64,000 bases of DNA from Thermoplasmata archaeon (GTDB taxonomy: Archaea; Thermoplasmatota; Thermoplasmata; Lutacidiplasmatales; UBA184): the NCBI GenBank assembly GCA_021823345.1, contig JAKAOF010000004.1, forward strand, positions 15,055 through 79,054, written 5' to 3'. Below, in pieces: positions 1 to 9,349 of the stretch. Made by a program: the position numbers and the translations under genes. How positions within the stretch are numbered: position 1 is the stretch's first letter; every line of letters starts with the position of its first letter. The notes under the pieces were generated by a model. That model was not told the origin of the DNA. It did no database searches and saw nothing but the letters and a program-made list of their open reading frames with translations.

Positions 1-231
1 GGTAAGTTGGGCCGGCGGGAGGTGGGCGGGAGGCGCGGTCGCGGCCGGAGCCGGTCGAGGGGCCGCCCGAGGACGGCTTGCGGCGGTCGCCGGCGCGGGA
101 CGGGAAGGTGCGCGCGGGGCCGTCGGCCGGGGCAGCGCCTTTCCGCAGGTACTGCAGAACGCGCTCTCGTCGGGGTTCGTGCGGCCACAGCTGGCACAGA
201 CGGTTCCCGAGGGAGCGGCGTTAGCGATCAC
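1..231 (-). CDS. 5' part of a probable second type IV pilus/Tad secretion ATPase (Zn-ribbon plus Pro/Ala-rich N-terminus), runs off the window edge
   Basis: GTG at 231 overlaps the stop of the upstream gene. The frame is open to base 1: MIANAAPSGTVCASCGRTNPDESAFCSTCGKALPRP..., a CxxC-x10-CxxC motif and Pro-rich linker like the N-terminus of the ATPase at 31566-33695, in the same gene position. Not in the ORF track. Confidence 0.7.
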   Translation of the reverse strand, partial: MIANAAPSGTVCASCGRTNPDESAFCSTCGKALPRPTAPRAPSRPAPATAASRPRAAPRPAPAATAPPAHLPPAQLT

Positions 232-1040
232 TAGCTGCCTCCCTCGTCGGGCACGGGTTCGGGGGGGCGTTCGATCGCGCTCTGGAAGGACACGCGGAGC
301 AGAGCGTCCATCTGCAGGAGACGCTCGGAGATGACCTCGAAGTCCGAGGCGGTGGCCGAGAGGCAGCGATCGCATCCCGGGTCCCGGTTGCCCTGGGAGA
401 GGGCCTGCGCCTTATGTCGAAGGTCTTGGTCGAACGCGCTGAACCCCGAAACGAGGGTGCGGTTCATGGTGGGGAACATGGCCCGCGGGTTGTACGGGCA
501 GTTCGGGCAATCGAGATGCTTGATCGTACGGAGGATGGCCGCCCGCTCGTTGCGGAGGTGGCGGGCGATCTCGGCGGCGTTCTTGGGCCCGTTCACTCGG
601 ATGCTCGGGTCCGTGGAAAGGAGCGGCCCCGGGAACGCGCCGGGTCCGGAGGACATCGCATCGAGCTCGGCGATGACGCCGTCGACCTCCCCGTCCGGGA
701 AGACCAGTCCGGCGACATGGGGGCGTGGGGCCCGCAGGGAGAACTGTTCGATGAGCTTCGTCAGCGAGACCAGCATCTTGAGGAAGCGGACCGAATCCCC
801 GACGTATTGGCGCTCCATGGCCCCGGTGATCGTGATGCTGTCCACATAGGGTTCGGTCGAAAGGATGTTGGTCACGACGGCCATGCACTGCGAGTTGAGG
901 ACCCCCGAGGGCCCCTCGCACGCGGCGCATTTGAGTACCAAGTTCGTCGACCGTCCCTCGGACTTGAGCTCGTAGGAGAACTGGGGGAGATGGTTCGACC
1001 CCGGCCCTCGGTCTTCCTTAGATGGTTTTCCCTTCGTCAT
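231..1040 (-). CDS. Cys-rich pilus-ATPase-associated protein, copy A
   Basis: Paralog of 33692-34702 (CAACEGP..C, YVDSITITG..RQY, CPNCPYNP, CDRC). Start and stop overlap both neighbours. Confidence 0.85.
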   Translation of the reverse strand: MTKGKPSKEDRGPGSNHLPQFSYELKSEGRSTNLVLKCAACEGPSGVLNSQCMAVVTNILSTEPYVDSITITGAMERQYVGDSVRFLKMLVSLTKLIEQFSLRAPRPHVAGLVFPDGEVDGVIAELDAMSSGPGAFPGPLLSTDPSIRVNGPKNAAEIARHLRNERAAILRTIKHLDCPNCPYNPRAMFPTMNRTLVSGFSAFDQDLRHKAQALSQGNRDPGCDRCLSATASDFEVISERLLQMDALLRVSFQSAIERPPEPVPDEGGS

Positions 1041-2782
1041 GCTGCTTCCCCCCTCCGCTGCTCCACGCTTCTCCAGATCACGAACACCACGACTCCCGCG
1101 ACCACGACCCCGATGGCGCCATACTCCAGGATCTGGAACGGGTCGGAGGCCTCCGGTGGGGAGGCTGTTTGGACGACCACCACCGTGGAGGTCGATGTTC
1201 GGGCCCCCGCGAAGGCGGATATCGTCACGGTGACCGAGTAGTTCGTGGAGAAGGAGAGTCCTCCGATCGACAGCGGACCGGGGCTCGCGGAGGAGAAGGA
1301 TTGCGGAGCGACCGGGTTGCCGCTCCCGGGGGTCAACGGCGCGATGTTGAGGGTGAGGCCCGTGAACCCGGGGATCTCACTGGCCACGGTCCAGTCGACG
1401 GAGATGCCGGCGGTGGAGGCCCCGACGGATGGAGCGATCGACGTGGCGGACACCACGGCCGTGGTCGGGGTAGGGATCCCAGTGTCCGGCGCCATGGTAA
1501 GCTCCACCGGGGAGCTCGAAAGCTGATACGCCTGACCGATGGCGAGCGTCGCCTCGTTGGCCGAGAAGGTGACGGTCTGTATGGTGCTCGAGGTCGACAA
1601 CTGCCGGTAGGCGGCGGAGTAGCTCTGGGGCATTCCCGGGTAAAGGTAGAACCAGCCCACCTGGTCGGTCGACCACGACACCTCGAAGTATCCAGGCGAC
1701 TCCTCGGCCAGGATCGCGCTCGTGGGCGCGGACGGGAACGTTGCGGACCACGTGACCCCGAAGGAGCTGCACCCCGAGCTTCCGGAGGCGTTGAGGTAGT
1801 TCACGCGCGCGCTCGAGAGCGTCAACACCTCGCAGCCGCTCGCCGAGGCGGAGATCGACTCCCCGTCGGAGAAGTAGTTGCTCGTGTTGGAATATTCCTG
1901 CTGGTGGGAGGCGACCGTGGCCGCGTAGAATCCCGAAACGCCGATGGCGAACATGTGAGAGCCGTCCGCGGAGACCACGGCGTCCCTCAGGCTGGTCGCG
2001 GGTCCCGGGTTGGGGGATCCCCCGAGGGGGTCCCAGACACCCGTGTAGCCGGCCGACTGGCCACCGGAACCTTGGTTCCCCGAGTAGACGAAGATCTGCG
2101 AATTGCCGTTCTCATCGTTCGATCCGACGACGAACCAGCTCCCGTCCTGGTCCATGGAGACGCTGACGAGGTTCTCCCCCGTCTCCACGTTGTAGAAGTG
2201 GAGGTTTGCCCCGGAGGCGGTCGTCGTGAAATAGGACACGTTGAACCCCGGAAGGCTCGAGTTGGGGTCCGTGAAGTGACCGATCACCACGAAGGCGTTC
2301 CCATCCTCGGAGAACTGGGCGTTGGTCACGAACGCCTTCACATGGGAGTTGTCCCCCAGGAAACCCTGGGCGGTCCAGAGCGGGGGGGCGTTGGACGGGC
2401 TCGAGATGGTGTAGAGGTAGACCGAGTTGTTGACCGTGATGAGTATCTCAGGGACCCCGGCCGGACCGGTACCGGACATCGAGACGGAACTGGCGTTGCC
2501 CGGCAGGGGCCAGCTCGAGATCAGGTTCCAGGGGGTCGTGGAGAACAGATAGGCATGGTCGAGGCTGGAGGTCGCGGTCACGTACTCGCCGTTCGGGGTC
2601 GTCGCGAGATGGGAGATGCCGGAACCGTCCGGAGTCGTGTAATTGTCGAGGGACGGGGTCGTCACGGCCGGGTGGATGGCCGGAGCGGCGTCCGGGATGG
2701 AGGCGGCCGTCGCGACCGACGAGGTCGAGCTGAGCAGCAGCGGAAGAAGGAGCGTGAGGGCGAGCAGGGGAAGCGCCCTCAT
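1037..2782 (-). CDS. Membrane-anchored beta-propeller plus FN3-like surface protein, copy A
   Basis: ATG 2782 in an ATGA overlap. Signal peptide MRALPLLALTLLLP, WD40-like blades (VSMDQDGSWFVVG, VSADGSHMF), FN3-like VDWT..LSFSTNYSVTV, C-terminal TM. Paralog of 34709-36628. Confidence 0.85.
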   Translation of the reverse strand: MRALPLLALTLLLPLLLSSTSSVATAASIPDAAPAIHPAVTTPSLDNYTTPDGSGISHLATTPNGEYVTATSSLDHAYLFSTTPWNLISSWPLPGNASSVSMSGTGPAGVPEILITVNNSVYLYTISSPSNAPPLWTAQGFLGDNSHVKAFVTNAQFSEDGNAFVVIGHFTDPNSSLPGFNVSYFTTTASGANLHFYNVETGENLVSVSMDQDGSWFVVGSNDENGNSQIFVYSGNQGSGGQSAGYTGVWDPLGGSPNPGPATSLRDAVVSADGSHMFAIGVSGFYAATVASHQQEYSNTSNYFSDGESISASASGCEVLTLSSARVNYLNASGSSGCSSFGVTWSATFPSAPTSAILAEESPGYFEVSWSTDQVGWFYLYPGMPQSYSAAYRQLSTSSTIQTVTFSANEATLAIGQAYQLSSSPVELTMAPDTGIPTPTTAVVSATSIAPSVGASTAGISVDWTVASEIPGFTGLTLNIAPLTPGSGNPVAPQSFSSASPGPLSIGGLSFSTNYSVTVTISAFAGARTSTSTVVVVQTASPPEASDPFQILEYGAIGVVVAGVVVFVIWRSVEQRRGEAA

Positions 2783-3459
2783 GCCCACACCCCGAGCACG
2801 ACGGAGATCGGGCTCGCACCCCCGGCGGGGCCGGGGACGGTCTCGGACGAGGAATAGATGGTGCCCGTGGTCCCGGTCGCATCGAACCCCATGAACACGC
2901 ACGCGGAAGAGATGGTGCAGGGAGACACCGGAGTGGAAGCGTTCTGATATTCGAGGTAATACTCCGCGAAGGTCTGGGGGTTGAGGCTCACCGTCGATCC
3001 CATGGCAACCTGAGACGCGGTATTATTTATCACGTACCCCGCCCACCCCGGAGTGTCGAGGAGGTGCTCGAGGCTGGCCCGTGGGCCGGCCCCGGTCAAC
3101 GATTCGAGAAGGCTCAGGTGCAAGGCGACCAGCTGGGCCATGCTGTAGTCGTATACCGTACCCGTCTCCCAACCGGGGTTCAACGCCTGGCAGGGGTCGT
3201 TCGGGACGGGCGACCCCGAACTCCCCACGCAGAGCGTGGCGTTCGGGGCCGTGGCCGAAAGGAAGCTCTGAAGGGCATCGGCCGCGTAGGTCGTTCCCCC
3301 GAGGTTCCGCTGCTCGACGATCGGGCTCACGGAAACCATGGCGTACAGGAACAGCGTGGCCACGATGAGCAGGGGGATGAAGAGCACGACGTCAAAGGCG
3401 GCCACCTCACCCCGGCGACCCCGGCGGAACATCGACTTCCGACCGCTGATCCGCCGCAT
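2779..3459 (-). CDS. Minor pilin-like protein (class III signal peptide)
   Basis: RRGRRG|EVAAFDVVLFIPLLIV basic/Gly/hydrophobic leader. Paralog of 36616-37182. Confidence 0.8.
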   Translation of the reverse strand: MRRISGRKSMFRRGRRGEVAAFDVVLFIPLLIVATLFLYAMVSVSPIVEQRNLGGTTYAADALQSFLSATAPNATLCVGSSGSPVPNDPCQALNPGWETGTVYDYSMAQLVALHLSLLESLTGAGPRASLEHLLDTPGWAGYVINNTASQVAMGSTVSLNPQTFAEYYLEYQNASTPVSPCTISSACVFMGFDATGTTGTIYSSSETVPGPAGGASPISVVLGVWA

Positions 3460-3460
3460 G

Positions 3461-3961
3461 TCAGTCCCAGATCTCCACCATGAGCGTGGCTGTGTGATAC
3501 TCCCCGTAGGGAACCCCAGGGAACCAGATGTCCACCGTCGTCTCGGAGGTGACGAGGCCCTGGGTCAATCCGTTGAGGGTCTTGGGCGGCGCCCCGGTCT
3601 CGATGATCCGTGGTTGGTTCAGCCAGGCGTGGGGGTACGAAGAGACGTCGGTGATCACGACCCGGAAGTCGTACGCCGGGTGGAAATCGTAGGTGATGTT
3701 CGACGACGTCAGGTTGACCACCTTGAAGACGTCGAACACCCCGACCTCGCCCTGGTAGGTCAAGTTGGAATATCCCCGGAGGTCCTGGAGGAAGAGGCTC
3801 GCCTGGTCGGCGAAGGTCTCGTTCTGTTGGCGCTTCTCGAAGGTATTGAGGCCGGAGAAGAGGGCGGCGAAGAAAAGGAACAGGGCCGTGATCACGATCC
3901 AGGCCGCTGGTACCTCTTCGAGGAAACCGGCGACCCCCCGGCGTCCCATGCGGTGCGACAT
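3461..3961 (-). CDS. Minor pilin-like protein (class III signal peptide)
   Basis: MGRRG|VAGFLEEVPAAWIVITALFLFF. Clear paralog of 37173-37688 (YxNLTY..G.F, YDxHP, EYH.A.L.V..W). CTTATC TATA-like box about 28 nt upstream. Confidence 0.85.
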   Translation of the reverse strand: MSHRMGRRGVAGFLEEVPAAWIVITALFLFFAALFSGLNTFEKRQQNETFADQASLFLQDLRGYSNLTYQGEVGVFDVFKVVNLTSSNITYDFHPAYDFRVVITDVSSYPHAWLNQPRIIETGAPPKTLNGLTQGLVTSETTVDIWFPGVPYGEYHTATLMVEIWD

Positions 3962-3964
3962 CAA

Positions 3965-4127
3965 TGCTCGCGAAGAGACCGGTCCTCAGATAAGGCCTTC
4001 TTGTGCCCGCGAATTTCTCCTTGAGCGCTCACCGCCGGAGCTTTCGTCGGGAATCGACTCGGAGTCGATGGCGAAAGGCTTTTAGGTGGGCCCAGTGTGT
4101 GTCACAGCACCTCACGGGGTCATCAAC
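3965..4127. promoter_or_regulatory. Divergent promoter region of pilus locus A with a palindrome
   Basis: Minus-strand CTTATC at 3989-3994. Plus-strand BRE/TATA-like CGAAAGGCTTTTAG at 4072-4085. Perfect inverted repeat ATCGACTC-G-GAGTCGAT at 4053-4069. SD-like GGGGT at 4116-4120. Confidence 0.55.
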
Positions 4128-4685
4128 ATGCGTACGAGTGTTTGGCGGAACAATCGCCGGGGAGCCTTAGAAGGAGTGCCACTGTATCTGATCATCCTGA
4201 TCATCATCGCGGCCATCGTGGTCGTGATCGTGCTGGGATGGCTGGCTACCGTGCAACACCCGACGATCGGATCGGTCACGACGGTCGTAGCGGGGTCTAG
4301 CACGATGACCGTGAGCGGTAGTTTCACCTGCACCTCTACCTCGTACTGGTGCTTCACCCCGGTCAACTCGACGGGCGGTTGCCACTACATCTACAACCAG
4401 CCCACCACCGCCCCTGCGATCCAAGTGACGGTCCAGGACAATCACGGGAACAACCTGCAGGGCGCCACCGTCACCTTGACGGCGAGCGGCAGTCTCAACT
4501 TCACGGGTTCGAACATCGCCAACACCGGAACGAACGGCGTTGCCTCCTTCAGCCAGTTCTCCGGCTTCGTGGGCCCGAACACCCAGAGCGGGACGATCAC
4601 GGTCTCCGCCAACTACGCCGCGGGAGGAATCCAGAGCTCTCAGAACGGTGGGACGATCATCATCGATCCACCGGCGGGCTGCTGA
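4128..4685 (+). CDS. Probable major pilin with Ig-like head, copy A
   Basis: MRTSVWRNNRRG|ALEGVPLYLIILIII. Ig-like VTVQDNHGNNLQGATVTL..TNGVASF. 4 Cys including the C-terminal residue. Paralog of 21973-22551. Confidence 0.85.
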   Translation: MRTSVWRNNRRGALEGVPLYLIILIIIAAIVVVIVLGWLATVQHPTIGSVTTVVAGSSTMTVSGSFTCTSTSYWCFTPVNSTGGCHYIYNQPTTAPAIQVTVQDNHGNNLQGATVTLTASGSLNFTGSNIANTGTNGVASFSQFSGFVGPNTQSGTITVSANYAAGGIQSSQNGGTIIIDPPAGC

Positions 4686-4714
4686 TTCCGCGCCCCGCCC
4701 CGGGACGGTAGGGA

Positions 4715-7700
4715 GTGAAGCGGAGGCTCTCCCGACAAGACGGAAGGGTCCCGTACTCCCTGGTGGCACTGGTCGTACTGAGCAGTATCTTCACGCTGTC
4801 GGTCTACTTCGAGCAGGTCGCGCTCTCGACGACCTCGCAGTCCACCTATGATGTCCCCGGGATGACCCAGATGGGGATCGACCGGGCCGAGTCCGAGATC
4901 TCCGCAGTGGCCCAGCAGGACCTGATGAACGTCGAGGTCTCGCTGCTGGGTGCCGGTGCCAATCCGCAACTCAACCTGTTGAACCAATCGCTCAACACCG
5001 AGTTCACGGCCTCGATGGCCTCCCTCGGTTTCTCCACGCCCCAGGGCCTCGTGGTGGACAACGTGGTGATCCGGGCGACCTCCTGGGGGATCAATGCGAC
5101 CTTCTCGGAGGGGACGACGGCGGACGTCGTGCCACACGTGGGCCTCCAGACCGGAACGGGCGTACCCTTGCTTCCCCTGGCCTCGCAGGTGAATTCCACG
5201 AATTTGACCTCCTACGCCAGCACGGAGCTCCCGTTGTACCCCATGGCCGTCGGCCACGTCATGCTCACCGCCTTGGACGGCAACAGCGGAGAGCTGCTCT
5301 CCACGCCGTATGACTTCTCCGTGAGCGTGCAGAGCGAGATCGGACTGCTCGAGGCGCAGAGCGCCGAGTTCTCGGACGCCTCCTGGGGGTCGGGGAGCGG
5401 GCTGGCGAAGCTGGTCTCGTACATCCTCACCAGCCTTGCGGAGCTCCGGGCCCTGTCGGGATACGGGTCCGGGGGATATCCCGGGTACCAGGCCGGCACG
5501 GTGATCTCGGGGGCGACGGGGAATTCCATCCTCTCCTCCGCCGATGTCCACGACGCGGAGAGCCTGGCCGTGCTCTTGGAGTCCCTCCGCTATTTCCGTT
5601 CGTTCGACGGAGCGGCGGTGAATTCCCTGTTGAGCAGCCTGCCCCCCGGGCCTTATGAACAATTGCTCGCGCGCTACGTCTTCAACGGCACCATCGATCC
5701 CGCCACGCTCTACCTGCTCTTCCTCGATGCCCAGGGGGGTTGGTCGGACGGTTGGATCTCGAGCGGGGCGGGGCTCGCCAGTGCCATCTACGGGTTTGCC
5801 GACCGGTTCAAGTTCGACCTGCTCCAGCGGTTCTGGGGCAATGCCACGGTGGACCCGACCTTGCTCGAACCCGTGGCGAGTTGGCCCACGGTGCAGATGC
5901 AAGGCATGGGGTTCGCCCAGACCATGCTCCTCACGTGGCTGTGGGACTACGGGAGCTGGCTCGGGGTCACCCAACAGTCCCTGCCGCCCGAAGACTCCAC
6001 GGCCGTGATCCCGCCCATGGTGGGGAGTGCCAGTGACGGGTTCGGGAACGTCTGTACCTACGTGCTCTTCCCCGGGGGTACCATCGAGACCAGCAATCCC
6101 GGGGTGCCCAACCTCGCGGACCTCATCCTCGGTACGCCGCAGGTCGAGCAGATCTCGGTCCCCGGCAACCCGAACTACAACGTCTATCTCGCCCCGAACA
6201 ACTACCAGGTGTGGGAGAACGTTTCCATCGACCAGCCCTCCGCGCCCTACGCCTACCTGAACGATGCCGGGAACGGGCTGCCGAACGACTGGTGGATCGA
6301 CTTCAACGAGAACTCGACCTACATCACGACCCACGACTCCTTGCTGCTCCTGTTCAACCCGATGGACACGAACCCCTACGATCCCGGGGCCTTCGACCGC
6401 ACCCTGCACTCGGTCCTCGTGGACCTCTCGAACTCGATGCAGCACAAGTCCTCGACCGCCTCGCTCGTGTCCGACAAGGGCTATCTCGACTATGTGGGGC
6501 TCACCGGGGACAACGTCGGGGGGAACAGCACGATCACCGGGACGGGGATGCCGGACCTGTCGACCACCACCGGGAGGAACACCGCCCTGAACACGAGCTA
6601 TTCCTACCTGACCCAGGGGACGTCCAGCATGTTCGGGGGACCGTTCTCGCGGGCACTCTCCAACTTCAGCGTAGCTTCCGGGAACCCGGCGAACCGGACA
6701 TCTTGGTGGGTCAACGGAGCGTCGCACCCCGCGCTCGCCGGCTCGGGAAACCCCACCTCGACGGTGAACGGGGGCGTCAACTGGACGATGTCGGCGATCT
6801 CGAGCTACCCCGCCAGCGAGTGGTTCCAGATGCTCTACACCCTGTACTACGGTTCCGGCGGGACGATCCCGGCGGCCCCTCCACCCCTGTCGCAGATCAA
6901 TTACAACAACATGGACCAGTTGGTCTACAATATCCTGAGCCCCGGGGTCGAGCAGACGCCCCCCACGGGGTATCAGCAACCCAATTTCGCCGTCGATGTC
7001 ATGAACGAGACGTTCATCTCCGTCTATTGCTGGATCACCGGTGACCAGAGCAATTACGGGAACAACATCGGGTGCGGATCGGAGAACGGAGGACCCTTCT
7101 GTCCGAATGGGGGCGGTGGCTTCTTTGGAGGCGGTTGCCTGGGGGACACCGCGAACTCTCCCTTCAATCCCCAGGCCAACGGCAATTTCTTCACGGGCGC
7201 CTGCAACGGGAACAACCAGAACCCGGCCTTCCAACGGGCCATCAACAACTGGTACCTCACGGGCACGGGAGGTCTCGCCAACATGTGGACCCTCGTGGGG
7301 AACTCGGTGATGCAGTCCCTCCAGGGAGGAGTGGACCAGATCCACCAGTTGCTGCAGAGCTCCTGGCAGAACGTATACAACAACACCGGGAATGCGGACT
7401 GGTCGGGTCAGAACTTCACGAACTGGATCCTCCGGTACATCGCTCCCCCGATCCTCAACGACACGAGCGCGATGGGCACCCCCGGCGGGTGGCTGAACCA
7501 GATCTACCGCTCCACGGACCAGTGGCTCCAGACGGGCACCAACCTCACGGGTACGGTCACGAAGATGGACCTGAACCGAGGCCGGCCGTACTCCTTCTCC
7601 CTCGGCAATGCGAGCGTGGAAGGGGCGGACGGCCAGATCTTCAACGAGAGCCTCCGGAACATGACGTTCGCCTTCACGGGCGGCACGCTCGACTGGAGCG

Positions 7701-9349
7701 TTCCGCAATTCACGGTGCATCTCGTCGATCCGCAGAACGACTCGTCGAACATGGGCATCGCCCCCTACGAGACGAGCTGGTCAGTGTCCCTCCAGGGTTC
7801 CTTCTCGGTGGTGCTCACGAGCTCCCGGGAGAGTCTAATCTCCGGTGGAGTGCTACAACCGACGGTGCTCAACCTCAGCATTCCCGTCCATAGCCAGTCG
7901 ACCATCACGGTCTACACCCCATGGCCGCTGGGGAGCGGCTGGGACCCGAGCTCGAACCCGCTCCCCGGGGACCCGACGGTGCTCGAATCCCGCGCGCTCC
8001 TGGGGTTGGAAGGCCACGACTACCATTCCGGGTTCGGGGGCACGGGAGATCTCCTGCCAGGGATCTATCCGAGCGTTCCGCTCGACAACCTCCTCCTGCT
8101 GAGCGCGGCCGTGGGCCGCGTGAGCTCGACGGAAGGGCATTCGCTCGCCGAGCTCTTGGCCGGGTTGCCGGAGGTGGCCGCGGGCCGCTCGGCGCCATGG
8201 AGCCAGAACCTCACCGCCCTCGAACTGACCACGAATTCCGACCTTGCCGCCACCGCGGGCCCCTTCCTCTCGTGGGCGGGAGCGAACTTCTCGGTACTTT
8301 CCAATGACCTATCCTCCGCGGCCCAAGGGGGAGTTCCCTCGACCTTCACGGTCGGCGGGAACGGATTCTTCGGATACAACGCGACGGTGAACACCGACAC
8401 GGATGTCGTGAGCTATTTCGTCGGTCAACCGGCCGGGCCCGGGTACAACCCTCCGGAAGAGTACGCGCTCGCGTTCGGGGGCTCCCGGGTCGGAGATGCC
8501 TTCACGGTCGACAACCCGTACGTGGGGGCGAACCCGGGGACCCATGGCTTCTCCGGGACGTGGGGCACCTCGACGGCCGGGGCGTACGCACTTACCGGGA
8601 ACTGGCAGGAGTTTGGCAGCGTCTACTCGCTCTCCCTTTCAGGGCCCGCGCGACCCGGACCCACCGTTGGGAAAGGGGCCACCTATCCCGAGCTCTCGGT
8701 CCCGTATCTTCAAGGGATCACGGGCGGAGGCTACCCGGCCACCGTATCGGTCCAAGGCGTGGGAGGGATCCCTTCGGCGGCGCTCACCGCCTTTGGTCAG
8801 TCGCTCCCGGCGTCGGGGACCTCGGTGACCTTCCCCCGCTACGTCGCCCAAGAGACCTACGCGGGGGGTCGGTTCTACAATGCGCTCGTGGCGGGAAGCG
8901 TGCCCTCGAGCCCGGGCATCACCTCCATCGGGTATTCGACGGACCTCACCTGGGGGGGAGGAGCTTCCTCCAATTACTCCTTGGTCTTGGTCGACCCTAC
9001 CGGGGCGCTCTTCTCGACCCCGTCGGGAACGGCGGCTTCCGAGGCCTTCCTCCTGTGGCTGGACAACAACGCGGAGACCCTGGGCTACTCGCTGGGAGCG
9101 CCCTCGCCATACCTTACGATCCTCGCCTCGATCCCGTCCGGCCTCTTGTCGCCCGCGTATCGCAACGTGACCATGGTCTGGCAGGAGGGGCTGACCCCGG
9201 TGAGCGCCTATGCCTGGAGCGGTCCGAACATGGCGGCTCTCGAGGCGGACCTGGGAGGCTCCGGTGGTGGAATGGGGAACTCGCCCACGCTAAGTATCGG
9301 GGGCGGGGCGGCCGGGGGATGGGGCTTCACCGGTACCCTCACTGGGTGA
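4715..9349 (+). CDS. Giant pilin-like secreted protein, copy A (1544 aa)
   Basis: MKRRLSRQDG|RVPYSLVALVVL class III-like leader. Colinear conserved blocks with 16966-21684. Many N-glycosylation sequons, no C-terminal TM. Confidence 0.85.
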   Translation: MKRRLSRQDGRVPYSLVALVVLSSIFTLSVYFEQVALSTTSQSTYDVPGMTQMGIDRAESEISAVAQQDLMNVEVSLLGAGANPQLNLLNQSLNTEFTASMASLGFSTPQGLVVDNVVIRATSWGINATFSEGTTADVVPHVGLQTGTGVPLLPLASQVNSTNLTSYASTELPLYPMAVGHVMLTALDGNSGELLSTPYDFSVSVQSEIGLLEAQSAEFSDASWGSGSGLAKLVSYILTSLAELRALSGYGSGGYPGYQAGTVISGATGNSILSSADVHDAESLAVLLESLRYFRSFDGAAVNSLLSSLPPGPYEQLLARYVFNGTIDPATLYLLFLDAQGGWSDGWISSGAGLASAIYGFADRFKFDLLQRFWGNATVDPTLLEPVASWPTVQMQGMGFAQTMLLTWLWDYGSWLGVTQQSLPPEDSTAVIPPMVGSASDGFGNVCTYVLFPGGTIETSNPGVPNLADLILGTPQVEQISVPGNPNYNVYLAPNNYQVWENVSIDQPSAPYAYLNDAGNGLPNDWWIDFNENSTYITTHDSLLLLFNPMDTNPYDPGAFDRTLHSVLVDLSNSMQHKSSTASLVSDKGYLDYVGLTGDNVGGNSTITGTGMPDLSTTTGRNTALNTSYSYLTQGTSSMFGGPFSRALSNFSVASGNPANRTSWWVNGASHPALAGSGNPTSTVNGGVNWTMSAISSYPASEWFQMLYTLYYGSGGTIPAAPPPLSQINYNNMDQLVYNILSPGVEQTPPTGYQQPNFAVDVMNETFISVYCWITGDQSNYGNNIGCGSENGGPFCPNGGGGFFGGGCLGDTANSPFNPQANGNFFTGACNGNNQNPAFQRAINNWYLTGTGGLANMWTLVGNSVMQSLQGGVDQIHQLLQSSWQNVYNNTGNADWSGQNFTNWILRYIAPPILNDTSAMGTPGGWLNQIYRSTDQWLQTGTNLTGTVTKMDLNRGRPYSFSLGNASVEGADGQIFNESLRNMTFAFTGGTLDWSVPQFTVHLVDPQNDSSNMGIAPYETSWSVSLQGSFSVVLTSSRESLISGGVLQPTVLNLSIPVHSQSTITVYTPWPLGSGWDPSSNPLPGDPTVLESRALLGLEGHDYHSGFGGTGDLLPGIYPSVPLDNLLLLSAAVGRVSSTEGHSLAELLAGLPEVAAGRSAPWSQNLTALELTTNSDLAATAGPFLSWAGANFSVLSNDLSSAAQGGVPSTFTVGGNGFFGYNATVNTDTDVVSYFVGQPAGPGYNPPEEYALAFGGSRVGDAFTVDNPYVGANPGTHGFSGTWGTSTAGAYALTGNWQEFGSVYSLSLSGPARPGPTVGKGATYPELSVPYLQGITGGGYPATVSVQGVGGIPSAALTAFGQSLPASGTSVTFPRYVAQETYAGGRFYNALVAGSVPSSPGITSIGYSTDLTWGGGASSNYSLVLVDPTGALFSTPSGTAASEAFLLWLDNNAETLGYSLGAPSPYLTILASIPSGLLSPAYRNVTMVWQEGLTPVSAYAWSGPNMAALEADLGGSGGGMGNSPTLSIGGGAAGGWGFTGTLTG

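Noticed and set aside
4640..7720. 1026-aa minus-strand ORF and other long shadow ORFs (e.g. 1022-2857, 10680-12437, 20044-21633, 58391-61375)
   Set aside because: They are antisense to well-supported genes, Arg/Gly/Val-rich and motif-free, as expected from high-GC codon bias.
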